Virus record (IMG/VR): IMGVR_UViG_3300031992_000021
Coordinates: 64,001 to 128,000 of that record
Length of the DNA stretch: 64,000 nt
DNA from: a virus
Taxonomy: Duplodnaviria > Caudoviricetes
Reading direction: 5' to 3' (one strand)
The notes below the pieces were generated by a model that searched no databases, was not told where the DNA came from, and saw only the letters and a program-made list of their open reading frames with translations. The position numbers and the translations under genes were made by a program. Shown here in pieces: positions 20,854 to 30,932 of this stretch (position 1 is the first letter of the stretch; every line of letters begins with the position of its first letter).

Positions 20854-21622
20854 AAGGCGTATTGGTCGCGGCGGAAACGTCTCCAAACTCTATCTCCACC
20901 ATGCCGTTTCTTACGTCCACGCTCGACCCCGTGACATTCACGGCCGATCTCCCATCCTCTATCATGTTTACGGCCTTCAGGATCGGAGACTCGATCTTGA
21001 CCACCCACGAATCGGTGAAGTCGAACTGGACGTTGACGACTGAAACGTACTTGCCCTTGCCTACCGTCTGAGCCTGCTCCTTCTGCTGCCTCGGAACCCT
21101 TCCCGACACTATGAAATGATCGAAGCAGTACTCCTGGCAGAGCTGGTCCTGGAGCATCGAGAGGTAATTCTCCGTGTTGTCCGCCAAAGCGCATGCGGCG
21201 CCAGCCTTGTCGCTCACGTGCACTATGGACGCCATTCCCTTGGCATACCTTTCGTACGACCTCTCGCCGTCGTGGCTCAAGAACGTGCGCCCCTCCATGT
21301 CAAGGGTTGGATTGACGCCATACTGTATCTCGCCCAGGCACACGAATATGGCAGGAGTGAAGTCCGGCCTCTGATCCTCCCACCTCAGCTCCGTGTCTAT
21401 CCAGAGCTCGGTCTTCTGGGGATCCTTTTTCCAGACGACGTCCGGGCACCCGAACGAACGGCCATTCTTGCCGGAATACATCACCCTGAGTATCGTGACG
21501 AATATGGAATACAGGACCTGCGAGCTTTTCCTCAGTTCGCAGATGTGCTCGATCCCGCCAAGCCTGTGCCACGGCTGGACTTCGCTGTTCGACACCGAAT
21601 CGATCTTTGGGTCACTCGCCAT
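20843..21622 (-). CDS. Putative tail terminator/completion protein (start MASDPKID)
   Basis: Lies between head closure and sheath genes; PAIFV motif; GGAG RBS. Confidence 0.55.
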   Translation of the reverse strand: MASDPKIDSVSNSEVQPWHRLGGIEHICELRKSSQVLYSIFVTILRVMYSGKNGRSFGCPDVVWKKDPQKTELWIDTELRWEDQRPDFTPAIFVCLGEIQYGVNPTLDMEGRTFLSHDGERSYERYAKGMASIVHVSDKAGAACALADNTENYLSMLQDQLCQEYCFDHFIVSGRVPRQQKEQAQTVGKGKYVSVVNVQFDFTDSWVVKIESPILKAVNMIEDGRSAVNVTGSSVDVRNGMVEIEFGDVSAATNTPLDS

Positions 21623-22409
21623 CGTCTGCTCCAATCCTGTATACCGGGTCGCTGAGCGGCGCCTCCTCGAATCCAAGCCTCTGCAGGCACGGGACCCTCC
21701 TCACCTCGGACACTATGCTCGATATCCCGACAACGTACCTTTTGTCCTGCGCAACGTCGACGATCACGTCTCCCTTCTTGACGACCGGATTCCCGATCGC
21801 AAGAGCCTCAAGCATCTTCGATTCATGGGTTCCGTCGTTTGAGTTGTGCATGCTGTGCGAAGAATCGGTCCCGAACGATATCATCATCCTGTGAGGACCG
21901 AAATACGCAGGATACCTGCCGGTTCCGAAGCACTTCTTGCAGTGCGAATCCCTTACGTCGCCAGTGACCGGATCTATGCAGAAAGTACATTTCGGGCCGA
22001 ACGTGGACCGTATGTACAAATCGCACTCCGTCCCGGACAGGACTCTCGCCCTCAACGCCTCCCTTCGCATGATCTCCCTCGCAAGAAGATATTCCCTGCG
22101 CGGAAGATCTCCATACGGCTGCATGGGATGCGAAAAGTACGTTCCGAGTGGGGTTCTGAGCACAATCCTGAAGAACAGCGTGTTCGACTTTCCGACGAGA
22201 TGCTTCCCGCCCTCGTCGCGCCAGGCTATCACGTTCTCGAGGACTGGCGACAGGTCTTCCCATGGCCCTTCGGCCGTATGCCCCTTCTGGACGACGAAAC
22301 GCCACGGAGCCGGGTCGTCGAATCCGCCGGACATCTCCCAGCTATACAGGAATCCCCCAACATAGCTCGGGGAGATCCTGAAGGCGTAGAATGGAGATTC
22401 GGCGGACAT
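21612..22409 (-). CDS. Head closure/neck protein with zinc finger
   Basis: KCTFC...HCKKCFGTG motif, C-terminal GDVIVD...KRYVV, neck position. Confidence 0.65.
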   Translation of the reverse strand: MSAESPFYAFRISPSYVGGFLYSWEMSGGFDDPAPWRFVVQKGHTAEGPWEDLSPVLENVIAWRDEGGKHLVGKSNTLFFRIVLRTPLGTYFSHPMQPYGDLPRREYLLAREIMRREALRARVLSGTECDLYIRSTFGPKCTFCIDPVTGDVRDSHCKKCFGTGRYPAYFGPHRMMISFGTDSSHSMHNSNDGTHESKMLEALAIGNPVVKKGDVIVDVAQDKRYVVGISSIVSEVRRVPCLQRLGFEEAPLSDPVYRIGADDGE

Positions 22410-22411
22410 GA

Positions 22412-22954
22412 CTACCGCTTGACAGACTTGTATCCTGCCTGACGGATGGATTCAAGCTGCTCCGGAGTGAGCTGTATCTTTGGCTTGTTTGCCTTGCTGA
22501 ACACTTCGACAAGAGGATTTGCGGCCGCGCCGCCAAGCCCTCCTATGAGAGCCCCTGTGGCGAATCCCTTGCCGCCGCCAAAGATGCTCCCGAGAGTTCC
22601 GCCGAGAAGCGCTCCTCCGCCAGCTCCGACAAGGGCCTTTGTGCCCGCATCCTGCTTGCCATACCAATTCTTTGCCTGGTCAAGCCATGTCTTCAGCTTG
22701 CCCCAGATATCAGTGTCGGCGGCCTCTTTCGAGAGGATGAAACGCGCAAGAGCCTGTGGGTCAACGCCATGAGCCTCTGCGCACTTCCTGAATCCGCGCT
22801 CATAGGCCTCGTTCACGGACGCCTTCTTCTCTCCGCATTTCTTTCCATCGTCTGGTTTTACCACAACCGGAAGGCTGAATGCCGGCTTTTTCTTGGCAGC
22901 CATGTACGCTTTCATGGCAAGAGCCTTTATCTCGTCTTTTGTCATCTTGGACAT
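22412..22954 (-). CDS. Glycine-zipper virion (internal/ejection-like) protein
   Basis: GAGGGALLGGTLG...GALIGGLGGA glycine zipper; K-x-A motifs. Confidence 0.55.
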   Translation of the reverse strand: MSKMTKDEIKALAMKAYMAAKKKPAFSLPVVVKPDDGKKCGEKKASVNEAYERGFRKCAEAHGVDPQALARFILSKEAADTDIWGKLKTWLDQAKNWYGKQDAGTKALVGAGGGALLGGTLGSIFGGGKGFATGALIGGLGGAAANPLVEVFSKANKPKIQLTPEQLESIRQAGYKSVKR

Positions 22955-22958
22955 TGCA

Positions 22959-25703
22959 CTAATCCTTTCTTACTGCTTTTTCCTTGAGATTGAGTGTCAG
23001 CTCGCCGAGCTGCTTGAAGACGTTGCGGAGGCGGTCCTCCATCTGGACTACGTCGTCGCTGCCGTATCGCTGGTTGAAGTCCTCGTGCTTCCAGTAGAAG
23101 AGGAAGAGGATTCTTCCAAGACGGTCGATCGTGTCCATGAAGTCGGGGATGTACGAATCGACGACATTTGCCGTGTCGTACACCTTCACCAGTCCGCCGA
23201 TCGCCGCCTGGTCGAACACATGGCGCTGTCCGGCCTTTGCGGCATCCTCGGCGAGCCGGCGAGCCTCTTCGTCGATCGGAAGGGCTCCTTCTCCCATGGC
23301 TTCGTTGTGCTCGTCAGGATACTCGCCGCCGCCCATGCTGCGTTCCATCTCTCCGCCGACGTTTATCCCGCGGGTCATCCCTCCTTCGGGAGGAAGACCG
23401 GGAACGCCGGTGAACTGCCCCTGGGTCATATCGACGTAAGGCGACGAGTAGACTGGGACTCCGGAATACGGATCGATCGAAGGGAGCTGCTCCATTGGAG
23501 CCGGCATCGAGACGTTCACCAGCCCGTCCTGCGCCTTCTTCTCGACCTTTTTGAGCGAAGGAACCTGAACGAGAAGCATCACGCTCTTTGCGGAAGCCGC
23601 CTTTGCCAGAACGGAGAAAGCCCTCCGCGGACGGAACCCGAACCTCGTGACGAGATCTATCGCCGCGGACTTGTAGTTCATCGGTCCGTGTCGGCGCTTG
23701 GCGCCATCGACGATGACGCTGTAGTCAACGCCGTCGGAAGCGACCTTGATGCGCTGGATGCCGTCGCTGCGCATGGTCTCAAGGATGTCCATCGCGCTTG
23801 CGAATGTGTACTTGGACTCGATCTCGGCGCGTTCCTTCGCGAACTTGGCCTCGCGCTCGGCGCGGTCTTCCGGCTTCTCGTTCTCGACGTACGGCGCATA
23901 GCGGCGGACGACACGGATCTTGAGAGCCTTCCAGTCGTGCGGGATTATGACGCCGGCCGAGGTCTTCTTCGGGAGGCCAGAGAAGGATCCGATGCTGATG
24001 AAGTCGCTGGAGCCGCAGCACTCGCAGGGGCAGCAATCGCAGCTATGGTCGCCCTTCGAGCCATCTTCGTTGTGGAAGCGGTCGCGCAGGTTCCAGTCCA
24101 TGAAGCCATAGCTCTCGGAGAGCCCGTCCTTCGCGTCAGTCACGATCTTGGCGTCAGAGCCGTAGCCGGTTCCGAAGCGGACGTGCTCGCCGTCCTCTAT
24201 GGTGAACTTGATGAAGAACGGTCCGGCCGCGTTGCCCTTGTCGTCGATGAACAGATACGGAATCCCGTCGTCTCGCCTCGGATCGCTTGAACCTATCTCG
24301 ATGTCGGATATCGGCGTGGCCTTGTTGAAGAGCTCCTTCAGGGCATCCTTGTCTCCAACGCCTTCGCCTGCGGATTCCTCGCTGAACTCCGTCGCTACGA
24401 TTGCCCGAGGGCACGCCTCAGTGAGGATGTTGCCATCGTCTTCAAAGCAGATTAGGGTGTTCGTGTCTCTGCATGATGGCGAGAGTACCGTATTGAGCAT
24501 TACGCCCTCGCGGGAAACTCCGTCGGACATCATGAAATTGTACTTTCCGGGACCATCCGGAGGCTGGAACCGGTGCTCGAAATCGACGAGCGCCTCGTCG
24601 TCCGTAACCTTGGCAACCTCGTCCTCGCCGCGCCTATCCTCGATCGTGAAGTCGTGCTCGATGATCTGGCGGGCGTTCTCCTCCAGCGAGAGAGCCTTGT
24701 CCTCCTCGCCGATGTCGGACGCCGGCGCATCCTGTGAAGCCTTGACAAGACCCTCTGTGGAGCCGACTACAAGCACCTTCGGCTTGGCGGCAGCCACCTT
24801 GCGCATGCGGTCGACATGGATCGATGCCTCCTTGAGGTTTTCGGTCCAGAGCGCCTCTGCATCCTTGTACAGAGACAGTGCCGCGTTGGCAAAATCAACG
24901 TCGTGCATCGCCTTGAGGAAGCGCGTCATGCACTCGGGTCCGCCGACCTTCTCCATGAAGTCCTTGAAGTACTTCGACTCTGCCGCCTTCTCGACCTCGC
25001 CCTTGCAGACAGCGCCGGCGAACATCTCGCGAAACGTGGCGTCCTCGGTCATGAGCCTTGCCGTAGCCTCCTTGACATGCTCCCAGGCCTCCTTCGGAGA
25101 CCACGGGACGTTCTCGGCCATCTTTCCGAGAGCTGCCTGCGGGCGCTGAACGAACGTGAGGTCGGGGTTGCGCATCGTGTCGCGAACCTCGCTGCTCGCC
25201 GGAGATCCGATGCGGATCGAATGCTTGTTGACGATGAAGTCGATCCACTTTTCCGTCAGCGGTACGAACTGGTTCGTCTTCTTGTTGAGAATGAGGTCGA
25301 CTCCGCGCACCTGGTTGTTAAGGAAGAACGCCGGGATGTAGTAGAAGTCGTCGTCGACCTTGTATCCGAAGATCCCGACGGCCTTGGAACCGTCTTCGTT
25401 TCTGTCGACCACCTCGAAACCGAGCATGTACGGCACGAGCGCCGGCGCCCGGTCGTTCACGAACTGGTATGCGAGCGAGCCAAAATCATCCTCGAACTGG
25501 CGCTGGTTTGCGGATTCAGGGGCCTGCATCTCGTCGGGGTTGCCGACTACAGGTGACTGACCGACGTCAGGCGGAATGCCTCCGGGGCCTCCTGCCGGCA
25601 TTCCGGCCTGGGCTTCCTTGAACAGAATTGTATCACGCCCGACATGCGGGCGTATCTTTAGCGAATCGAAAGTCGGACGTGACATGGGTTCTCCTTTGGT
25701 CAT
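22959..25703 (-). CDS. Large head-module protein, function unknown (alternative start 25685)
   Basis: 914-aa ORF with about ten K-x-A motifs; AAAGGAG RBS before the second Met. Confidence 0.6.
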   Translation of the reverse strand: MTKGEPMSRPTFDSLKIRPHVGRDTILFKEAQAGMPAGGPGGIPPDVGQSPVVGNPDEMQAPESANQRQFEDDFGSLAYQFVNDRAPALVPYMLGFEVVDRNEDGSKAVGIFGYKVDDDFYYIPAFFLNNQVRGVDLILNKKTNQFVPLTEKWIDFIVNKHSIRIGSPASSEVRDTMRNPDLTFVQRPQAALGKMAENVPWSPKEAWEHVKEATARLMTEDATFREMFAGAVCKGEVEKAAESKYFKDFMEKVGGPECMTRFLKAMHDVDFANAALSLYKDAEALWTENLKEASIHVDRMRKVAAAKPKVLVVGSTEGLVKASQDAPASDIGEEDKALSLEENARQIIEHDFTIEDRRGEDEVAKVTDDEALVDFEHRFQPPDGPGKYNFMMSDGVSREGVMLNTVLSPSCRDTNTLICFEDDGNILTEACPRAIVATEFSEESAGEGVGDKDALKELFNKATPISDIEIGSSDPRRDDGIPYLFIDDKGNAAGPFFIKFTIEDGEHVRFGTGYGSDAKIVTDAKDGLSESYGFMDWNLRDRFHNEDGSKGDHSCDCCPCECCGSSDFISIGSFSGLPKKTSAGVIIPHDWKALKIRVVRRYAPYVENEKPEDRAEREAKFAKERAEIESKYTFASAMDILETMRSDGIQRIKVASDGVDYSVIVDGAKRRHGPMNYKSAAIDLVTRFGFRPRRAFSVLAKAASAKSVMLLVQVPSLKKVEKKAQDGLVNVSMPAPMEQLPSIDPYSGVPVYSSPYVDMTQGQFTGVPGLPPEGGMTRGINVGGEMERSMGGGEYPDEHNEAMGEGALPIDEEARRLAEDAAKAGQRHVFDQAAIGGLVKVYDTANVVDSYIPDFMDTIDRLGRILFLFYWKHEDFNQRYGSDDVVQMEDRLRNVFKQLGELTLNLKEKAVRKD

Positions 25704-25710
25704 TACAATG

Positions 25711-25719
25711 ATTATATCA
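25711..25719 (-). promoter_or_regulatory. Extended -10 promoter TGATATAAT
   Basis: Exact motif ending 7 nt upstream of the ATG at 25703. Confidence 0.65.
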
Positions 25720-25729
25720 TATTTTACCG

Positions 25730-26266
25730 TTATCGCTCCGCCGTCTTTGACGTAACGGAAACCTTTCCTGCGGTATCAACCGTAATTACAAAAATTCCGG
25801 CTCTAACGTTCCCTAGATGACTGCTAATGTCTGAGTTGGACATTGGCTCGAACGAATACGAATCCGAATCCGAAGAGTCCTTTCGTCTGGCTTCCAGGGA
25901 TACTGAAACATCGGGATTGGATCCATCCCATGTAGGGAACGTTTTAGCATCCTCGTCGCTTCCATGCCATCCGAACGTAGGAGAGTTCACACTAATCTCG
26001 ATACGAGCATTGGCACTGCCGCTTTTGTTGCATTTATCGCCATCAGACGGCACGTTTATTCCGAAAACGTATGTATCAGACCCGTCTTTGTGCTTGCTGG
26101 ATATCCGCGAACAGTTTTTCGTCGATGTTATCGACGGGCTTATACGGCTGCTATGATCTACGCTATACTGTTCGCATGTTATTTTGATTATAGAAGGATA
26201 CGACACTCTTACGACCAGCGGATGGCATTGAACACCGCCCGAAAGATATGTTTCAGGGCATGACAT
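25730..26266 (-). CDS. Hypothetical protein, AT-richer than flanks (possible moron)
   Basis: 178-aa ORF with AGGAG RBS and many A/T-ending codons. Confidence 0.55.
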   Translation of the reverse strand: MSCPETYLSGGVQCHPLVVRVSYPSIIKITCEQYSVDHSSRISPSITSTKNCSRISSKHKDGSDTYVFGINVPSDGDKCNKSGSANARIEISVNSPTFGWHGSDEDAKTFPTWDGSNPDVSVSLEARRKDSSDSDSYSFEPMSNSDISSHLGNVRAGIFVITVDTAGKVSVTSKTAER

Positions 26267-26329
26267 TGTGCGACTCCTACACCGTACCGCATACGGTACG
26301 GATGATCGAGAACTTTACGGCTGACTTCG

Positions 26330-26794
26330 TCACGCAAACCCCCATCCAAGTCCGACGTTGAGCTCGCGCTTCTTCTTGCGTATGGCCTGAAGGTACTCGT
26401 CCCTGAGGCGCATTGCCGCCTGGTCGTACTCCCTCGCCTTGTCCTGGTCGTTCACGGACGTTCCGCCGGCGTTGATCGCAAGGCTGTTGCGCCTGTACCT
26501 GTGGGCCGCCATCGAGAGAAGGTTTGAAGCAACCCCCATGAGAAGGATTGATCGGTACGGAAACTCGTCGTAGTCCATGCGGTAGATGTCAGGAGGCTCG
26601 TCGTTCCACCTGTCCACCGTTATGTTCATCGCCGTGCGTATTTCCTCTGGCGAGAACTCGAAATCGTCGAGAAGGATGTTCGCCGCGGGATCTTTGTCTC
26701 GAAGGAAGATGCGGACCTCCATGTCCGTCATCGGGCAGTCGTTCCCTACCGGAGAAATTGGTTTTCCTTCCCTGTCTTCTATGGTTGACGCCAT
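26330..26794 (-). CDS. Putative head-tail adaptor (neck) protein, start MASTIED
   Basis: VRIFLRD...EFSPEEI...W...P...GGTSVNDQDK pattern of adaptor proteins; downstream of the capsid gene. Confidence 0.6.
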   Translation of the reverse strand: MASTIEDREGKPISPVGNDCPMTDMEVRIFLRDKDPAANILLDDFEFSPEEIRTAMNITVDRWNDEPPDIYRMDYDEFPYRSILLMGVASNLLSMAAHRYRRNSLAINAGGTSVNDQDKAREYDQAAMRLRDEYLQAIRKKKRELNVGLGWGFA

Positions 26795-26795
26795 A

Positions 26796-27170
26796 TCATT
26801 TAACCCCTTTGTATTCCGAAGTATTGGCATCCCAAAGCCTGTTGTCAGGAATCCCAACAAGAGCCTTTACCCTCTCCCAGAGAAGCGAACCTGCGTTTGA
26901 GAAGTAGTTTCGGTCAGGACGGCCGTTTCTGCCGGCATCCCCTCCAATGACAAACGCTCCCGTGGCAAGTGCTGCAGGTATGACCCAGCTTTTGTTCCTG
27001 TTCCACCAGGTGTCGTTCTGGTCGTCGAAATCCATGCGACCGACAGCAGCCTCCTTGCACACGTTCGCGACGAACTCGTCTGCGTCCTTGGCGCCCATTC
27101 CGCATCCGTCCAGTGCGCTGTACGCGCCTGCCGAGAACATCGTCGCGATGATGTCGTCTCCAAGTTTCAT
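26796..27170 (-). CDS. Small virion protein with hydrophobic segment
   Basis: VCKEAA followed by WWNRNKSWVIPAALATGAFVIGG. Confidence 0.55.
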   Translation of the reverse strand: MKLGDDIIATMFSAGAYSALDGCGMGAKDADEFVANVCKEAAVGRMDFDDQNDTWWNRNKSWVIPAALATGAFVIGGDAGRNGRPDRNYFSNAGSLLWERVKALVGIPDNRLWDANTSEYKGVK

Positions 27171-27199
27171 CTGAATCTCCGTTGTGCTTGAGTCGCTTA

Positions 27200-27242
27200 A
27201 AATGATTCAGGCGGGGTCGGGACAACAGCCCGGCCCCGCCTG
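27200..27242 (-). terminator. Terminator-like hairpin after the major capsid gene
   Basis: CAGGCGGGGCCGGG-ctgttgt-CCCGACCCCGCCTG followed by AATCATTTT. Confidence 0.65.
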
Positions 27243-27266
27243 GACTAGCCATTCAGGCCTGTCTTA

Positions 27267-28274
27267 TCAAGCGCCAGCGGGGCTGGAGCTCGACTCGAAG
27301 GGTTCCTGCTTGGCCGCCTCGCCGAAGCGGGCGAGGGCCATGCCGGCAATGTTGCCGAAGGAGAAGCCGCCCAGCCAGTAGCTGAACCACTTGATGAAGA
27401 ACGCCTCCTTGTTGAGATACATCGTCCAGTCGGTCAACGTGTAGTTGTGGCCGAGGAACGACGGCTCCGCGAAGAAGTAGACATACCCCTCCGGGACAAG
27501 GTGGTTCTTGATCGTGGAGATCGCCTTGATCCCCATGATGGTCGTGCTGGTGAGACCGTTCTTCCAGTGCTCCTCAGCGAGATCGCCACCGATCTGGATG
27601 CGGTCGAGCTTGAGGATGTCACGCAGCGTGTTCTCGTGCGCGAGCAGGAGATAGTTGCGTGCGACGAACTTGCCGTACTTGTTGCCGCGGGGGAGCATCT
27701 TCGTGGCCTCGGTGAAGGTCACGCGGTCGAGACCCTCCTCGAAGTCCATGAACTGCACCTTGCCCGTGACGGGGTGCGGCGTGTTCGGGCCCTTGCCGGT
27801 CGTGTTCATGACGATCGAGTTGACCGTCTCGATGAACTTGCGGTCGTGCGTGGCCATGCCGTCCTTGATGCTGTTGTCGGTCAGCACCTTGCGGATCGGA
27901 TAGTCGTACGTGCGCAGCTGGTCGATGTCCTTCGTGAACATCGGCGTGACGATGCGGGCCATCGGGGTGATGTACCGCGAACCGGTGATGATCTCGCCCT
28001 CAGGCACCGTCTCGAACGGCACGTACTTCGCGCCGGGGGAATCGGGCTCGAGGTCGTCGATGACGATGAGATCCTCGGTCATGGTCTTCGCGAGACGCTC
28101 GTTGCCGATCTGCTCCGGAGGGAGGATCTTGTTGGCGAACGAGCCCTCACGGATCTGCGTGCGGGTCACGTCGGAGGCGGTCTGCGCGACCTTCTCCAGG
28201 TTGGCCTTGCTGCCGTCCGCGATCATGTCGCGGAGCTGCGCGTCAATCATCTGCTCTTTGGCTTCCTTGAACAT
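27267..28274 (-). CDS. Major capsid protein (HK97-fold expected)
   Basis: 335 aa; strong RBS, strongly biased codons and a downstream terminator; order protease-scaffold-decoration-MCP; IREGSFANKILP and VPEGYVYFFAEPSFLG motifs. Confidence 0.8.
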   Translation of the reverse strand: MFKEAKEQMIDAQLRDMIADGSKANLEKVAQTASDVTRTQIREGSFANKILPPEQIGNERLAKTMTEDLIVIDDLEPDSPGAKYVPFETVPEGEIITGSRYITPMARIVTPMFTKDIDQLRTYDYPIRKVLTDNSIKDGMATHDRKFIETVNSIVMNTTGKGPNTPHPVTGKVQFMDFEEGLDRVTFTEATKMLPRGNKYGKFVARNYLLLAHENTLRDILKLDRIQIGGDLAEEHWKNGLTSTTIMGIKAISTIKNHLVPEGYVYFFAEPSFLGHNYTLTDWTMYLNKEAFFIKWFSYWLGGFSFGNIAGMALARFGEAAKQEPFESSSSPAGA

Positions 28275-28295
28275 ATTCGTGTCTCCTTTCTTTCC

Positions 28296-28829
28296 TTACT
28301 TGGTCCTGAAGCGGAGGACGAACTTGTTCGCGCCGGTGCGGATCGCAAGGCGCTGGTCGGTGCCATTCGCAGGAACCGCGATCGCGTTGTTGATCCAACG
28401 CTCGGCGGGAGCCACCGTGACGTAGCCGACGACGGTCGCGCTGGAGCCGGGGTCGGTAGCCTGGAGCTTGCCGTTGACCACGTAGAGCGCAGCGCCGACG
28501 GCGTACGTGTCGTCGGTCTTGAACTCCGTGGTCTCGAACTCGCCCTCCTGGTCGAGGGAGAGAGCGTTGATGCGAGGAACGCCGCCCTTCGGATCGAACG
28601 CCGAGCCGGCGAAACCGGCAGTCGGATCCGTGTAATCCTGGAGTGCGACGTAGAGGAGCTTGTCGGAGCCGCTTGCAACGTCCCAGACACCCTCCGCCGA
28701 ATCACTGTCCGCCTCAAGGGCGACAATGGTGCCTCGTGCGATCGCCGTGACGCCGGCTTTCACCGGAAGCGTCTTGTCGACCTGACCGAGGCTGGGGTAA
28801 TGACCCTTAACGGGGCTGAACCATCCCAT
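28296..28829 (-). CDS. Capsid decoration/cement protein
   Basis: Immediately upstream of the MCP; YAVGAALYVVNGKL...VVGYV pattern typical of head decoration proteins. Confidence 0.7.
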   Translation of the reverse strand: MGWFSPVKGHYPSLGQVDKTLPVKAGVTAIARGTIVALEADSDSAEGVWDVASGSDKLLYVALQDYTDPTAGFAGSAFDPKGGVPRINALSLDQEGEFETTEFKTDDTYAVGAALYVVNGKLQATDPGSSATVVGYVTVAPAERWINNAIAVPANGTDQRLAIRTGANKFVLRFRTK

Positions 28830-28882
28830 TTTCTTTTACCTTTCGTTTTGGCTTTGGTCTTGTTTTTGGGCTGACCCGTGCA

Positions 28883-29323
28883 TCAGTCCACGTATCCATT
28901 TGATCCTTGGCGCCCGCCAAAGACCAATCGAGACCACGGATCATCGACGCTTCGGGAGGAGAAGGATTCGGAAGCTCCGCCGAGTGTGGGCGCGGAGAAA
29001 TTCTCCGCCATCTTCTCGACGAGGTCCCAAACCCCGCTTGGGTCCTCCGCGACCTTGTTGACGAACTCGTCAACCTTGTCGTTTTCGATCGCGCCGCATC
29101 CGGCCAAAACCTTAGCGGCGTGCGCGGCCTTTTTGTTGAAGCACTCACGGGCCTCAACGAAATTGTCAAGTTTCTTCTTCGTCTCGCCTATCTCGACCTC
29201 GGCGGCAGCAAGCTTTTCCGTGGTGCGCTTCGCGAGATCGCATAGGTCGAGTATGCGGGCCTCCTTCTGAAGCTTTGCAACCTCAGAAGGAAGTCCTGCG
29301 TCAACTGTCGTGTTTGCGCTCAT
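28883..29323 (-). CDS. Head assembly protein (start MSANTTVD)
   Basis: GAGGT RBS; coiled-coil-like, several K-x-A motifs. Confidence 0.6.
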   Translation of the reverse strand: MSANTTVDAGLPSEVAKLQKEARILDLCDLAKRTTEKLAAAEVEIGETKKKLDNFVEARECFNKKAAHAAKVLAGCGAIENDKVDEFVNKVAEDPSGVWDLVEKMAENFSAPTLGGASESFSSRSVDDPWSRLVFGGRQGSNGYVD

Positions 29324-29339
29324 CGGAACACACCTCGCT

Positions 29340-30932
29340 TCACTTGGCCTGATTCTGACGCTCAACGACGTACTTGGCGAGAACCGACGGATCGACGCCC
29401 AGCTCTTCGGCTTTCTTCTTGAAGCCTGCGATGTACGCCTCGTCGCCAGTCGCAGAAGCGGCCTTTTCAGCCTCCTTCGCCTTGAGGATGGAAGCAACCT
29501 TTGCGAGTATCTTCGCACCGGGCTTGCCGGACTCAGACTCGGCCTTGGCGGCAGCAGCCTTCTCCTGACGCTTTGCGTTGATTGCGGCGGCGACCTTGGC
29601 AAGCGTATTGGCGCGAACCTGTGCGGCGGCAGCCTTCATCGCGGACTCCGCGTCAGCTGCTCCCTGGGCCTCATCCTTGGCGGCCTGGACGGCTGCCTCG
29701 GCATCAGCGGCTCCCTGAGCCTCTGCGGAAGCGCCTTCACCAGAACCGGCAGCGGCGCCATCACCGGCACCACCCTCGATCGCGGCGGCGATCTCCTGAG
29801 CCTGCTCCTGCGTGATCTCTCCGTTTTCGATTCCCTGCGCAATGATGGCGGCAGCGTCATCCTCGGAAGGAGCGCCGGCTTCTTCGCCTGTGATTTCCTC
29901 GACGAGCGCCTTTGCGGTGTCGACGTCAATATCGCCAGAACTGACGAGGTCGACGAGGGCCGTGGCAAGCTCCTCTTCGGTCACATCCTCAGGGATTGCC
30001 GCTTCCCCAGCGCCTTCGGCCGCAGCGGCACCTTCTCCGGCGCCTGCGTCAGCACCGGCATTGGCACCAGCATCGGCACCAGCTGCCGCGCCGGCATCTG
30101 CGCCAGCTGCAGCACCGGCATCGGCACCCTCTGCGGCGGCGGCTTCGGCCGGAATGCCGGCATCAGCCATTGCGTTTTCTGCCGCAAGAGCAGCAGCGGC
30201 AGGATCGAGACCCTGCTCCTGAGCAGCCTTGATGCAGGCGGCCTTGATGATGTTGCGGGCCGCGGCGAACTTCTTCGCCTCCTCGGCCTTCTTCTCGGAA
30301 GCCTGCTTCATGACCTTTTCGGCGGCTTCACGGCCAAGCATGAACGTGGCCTGAGCTGCCGCAATCTTTGAAATCGTCTCGTCGTCGAGCTTGATGGCCT
30401 TCGCGCCCTCGACGCCAGCCTGCTTCTGAGCCTCGTCAGGCTTTGCGGCCTCTGCCGGCTTGGCTGCCTGAGCTGCCTGGGCAGCGGCCTGCTTCTGCTC
30501 CGCAGGCTTTGCCGCTTCCGCAGGCTTTGCCGGCTTGGCTGCCGCCTGCTTCTGCGAACCAATGTCGGCGAGAAGGTCCTTGACCAGGCTCGTGAGATGA
30601 TCGTTGGCAACCTTGGCCGTAAGGGCGTCATCGGTCACGAGAGGTTTCTTCTCCGGATTGGCGAGCGCCTGATCCATCTCAAGCTTACCCTCGTTGAGGG
30701 GCTTTGCATCGCCACCTGCGACGGCTCCGGATGTGGACGTGGCTCCAGCGGGCTGACCCTGGGTCACTTCCTCGTTCGGCTTCTTGGCTTCTTCCGGGAC
30801 CTTGGCGTCATGCTCGGAACCGGGAAGCGAATCAACACCGACAAGCGCCGCAGGATTGGCCGCGAGCGTTTCGTTCGCGATCTTCTCCATCGCCTTGAAC
30901 CTGTCGATGAACTGTTTCATCACAACTCCCAT
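29340..30932 (-). CDS. Scaffolding/core protein
   Basis: 530 aa, Ala/Glu/Lys low complexity (AAKPAE and GADAGAAA repeats), between protease and MCP. Confidence 0.7.
   Translation of the reverse strand: MGVVMKQFIDRFKAMEKIANETLAANPAALVGVDSLPGSEHDAKVPEEAKKPNEEVTQGQPAGATSTSGAVAGGDAKPLNEGKLEMDQALANPEKKPLVTDDALTAKVANDHLTSLVKDLLADIGSQKQAAAKPAKPAEAAKPAEQKQAAAQAAQAAKPAEAAKPDEAQKQAGVEGAKAIKLDDETISKIAAAQATFMLGREAAEKVMKQASEKKAEEAKKFAAARNIIKAACIKAAQEQGLDPAAAALAAENAMADAGIPAEAAAAEGADAGAAAGADAGAAAGADAGANAGADAGAGEGAAAAEGAGEAAIPEDVTEEELATALVDLVSSGDIDVDTAKALVEEITGEEAGAPSEDDAAAIIAQGIENGEITQEQAQEIAAAIEGGAGDGAAAGSGEGASAEAQGAADAEAAVQAAKDEAQGAADAESAMKAAAAQVRANTLAKVAAAINAKRQEKAAAAKAESESGKPGAKILAKVASILKAKEAEKAASATGDEAYIAGFKKKAEELGVDPSVLAKYVVERQNQAK

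Noticed and set aside
252-22409. Extracellular contractile injection system, tailocin or T6SS
   Set aside because: Capsid, protease, scaffold and terminase genes are linked, so this is a complete phage morphogenesis region
22959-25703. Portal protein assignment
   Set aside because: No portal motif was recognisable by eye; left as an unknown head protein, and the portal may lie outside the window
29640-30560. CRISPR-like or DNA-level tandem repeats
   Set aside because: The repeats are degenerate, in-frame and reflect Ala-rich peptide repeats of the scaffold; there is no repeat-spacer structure
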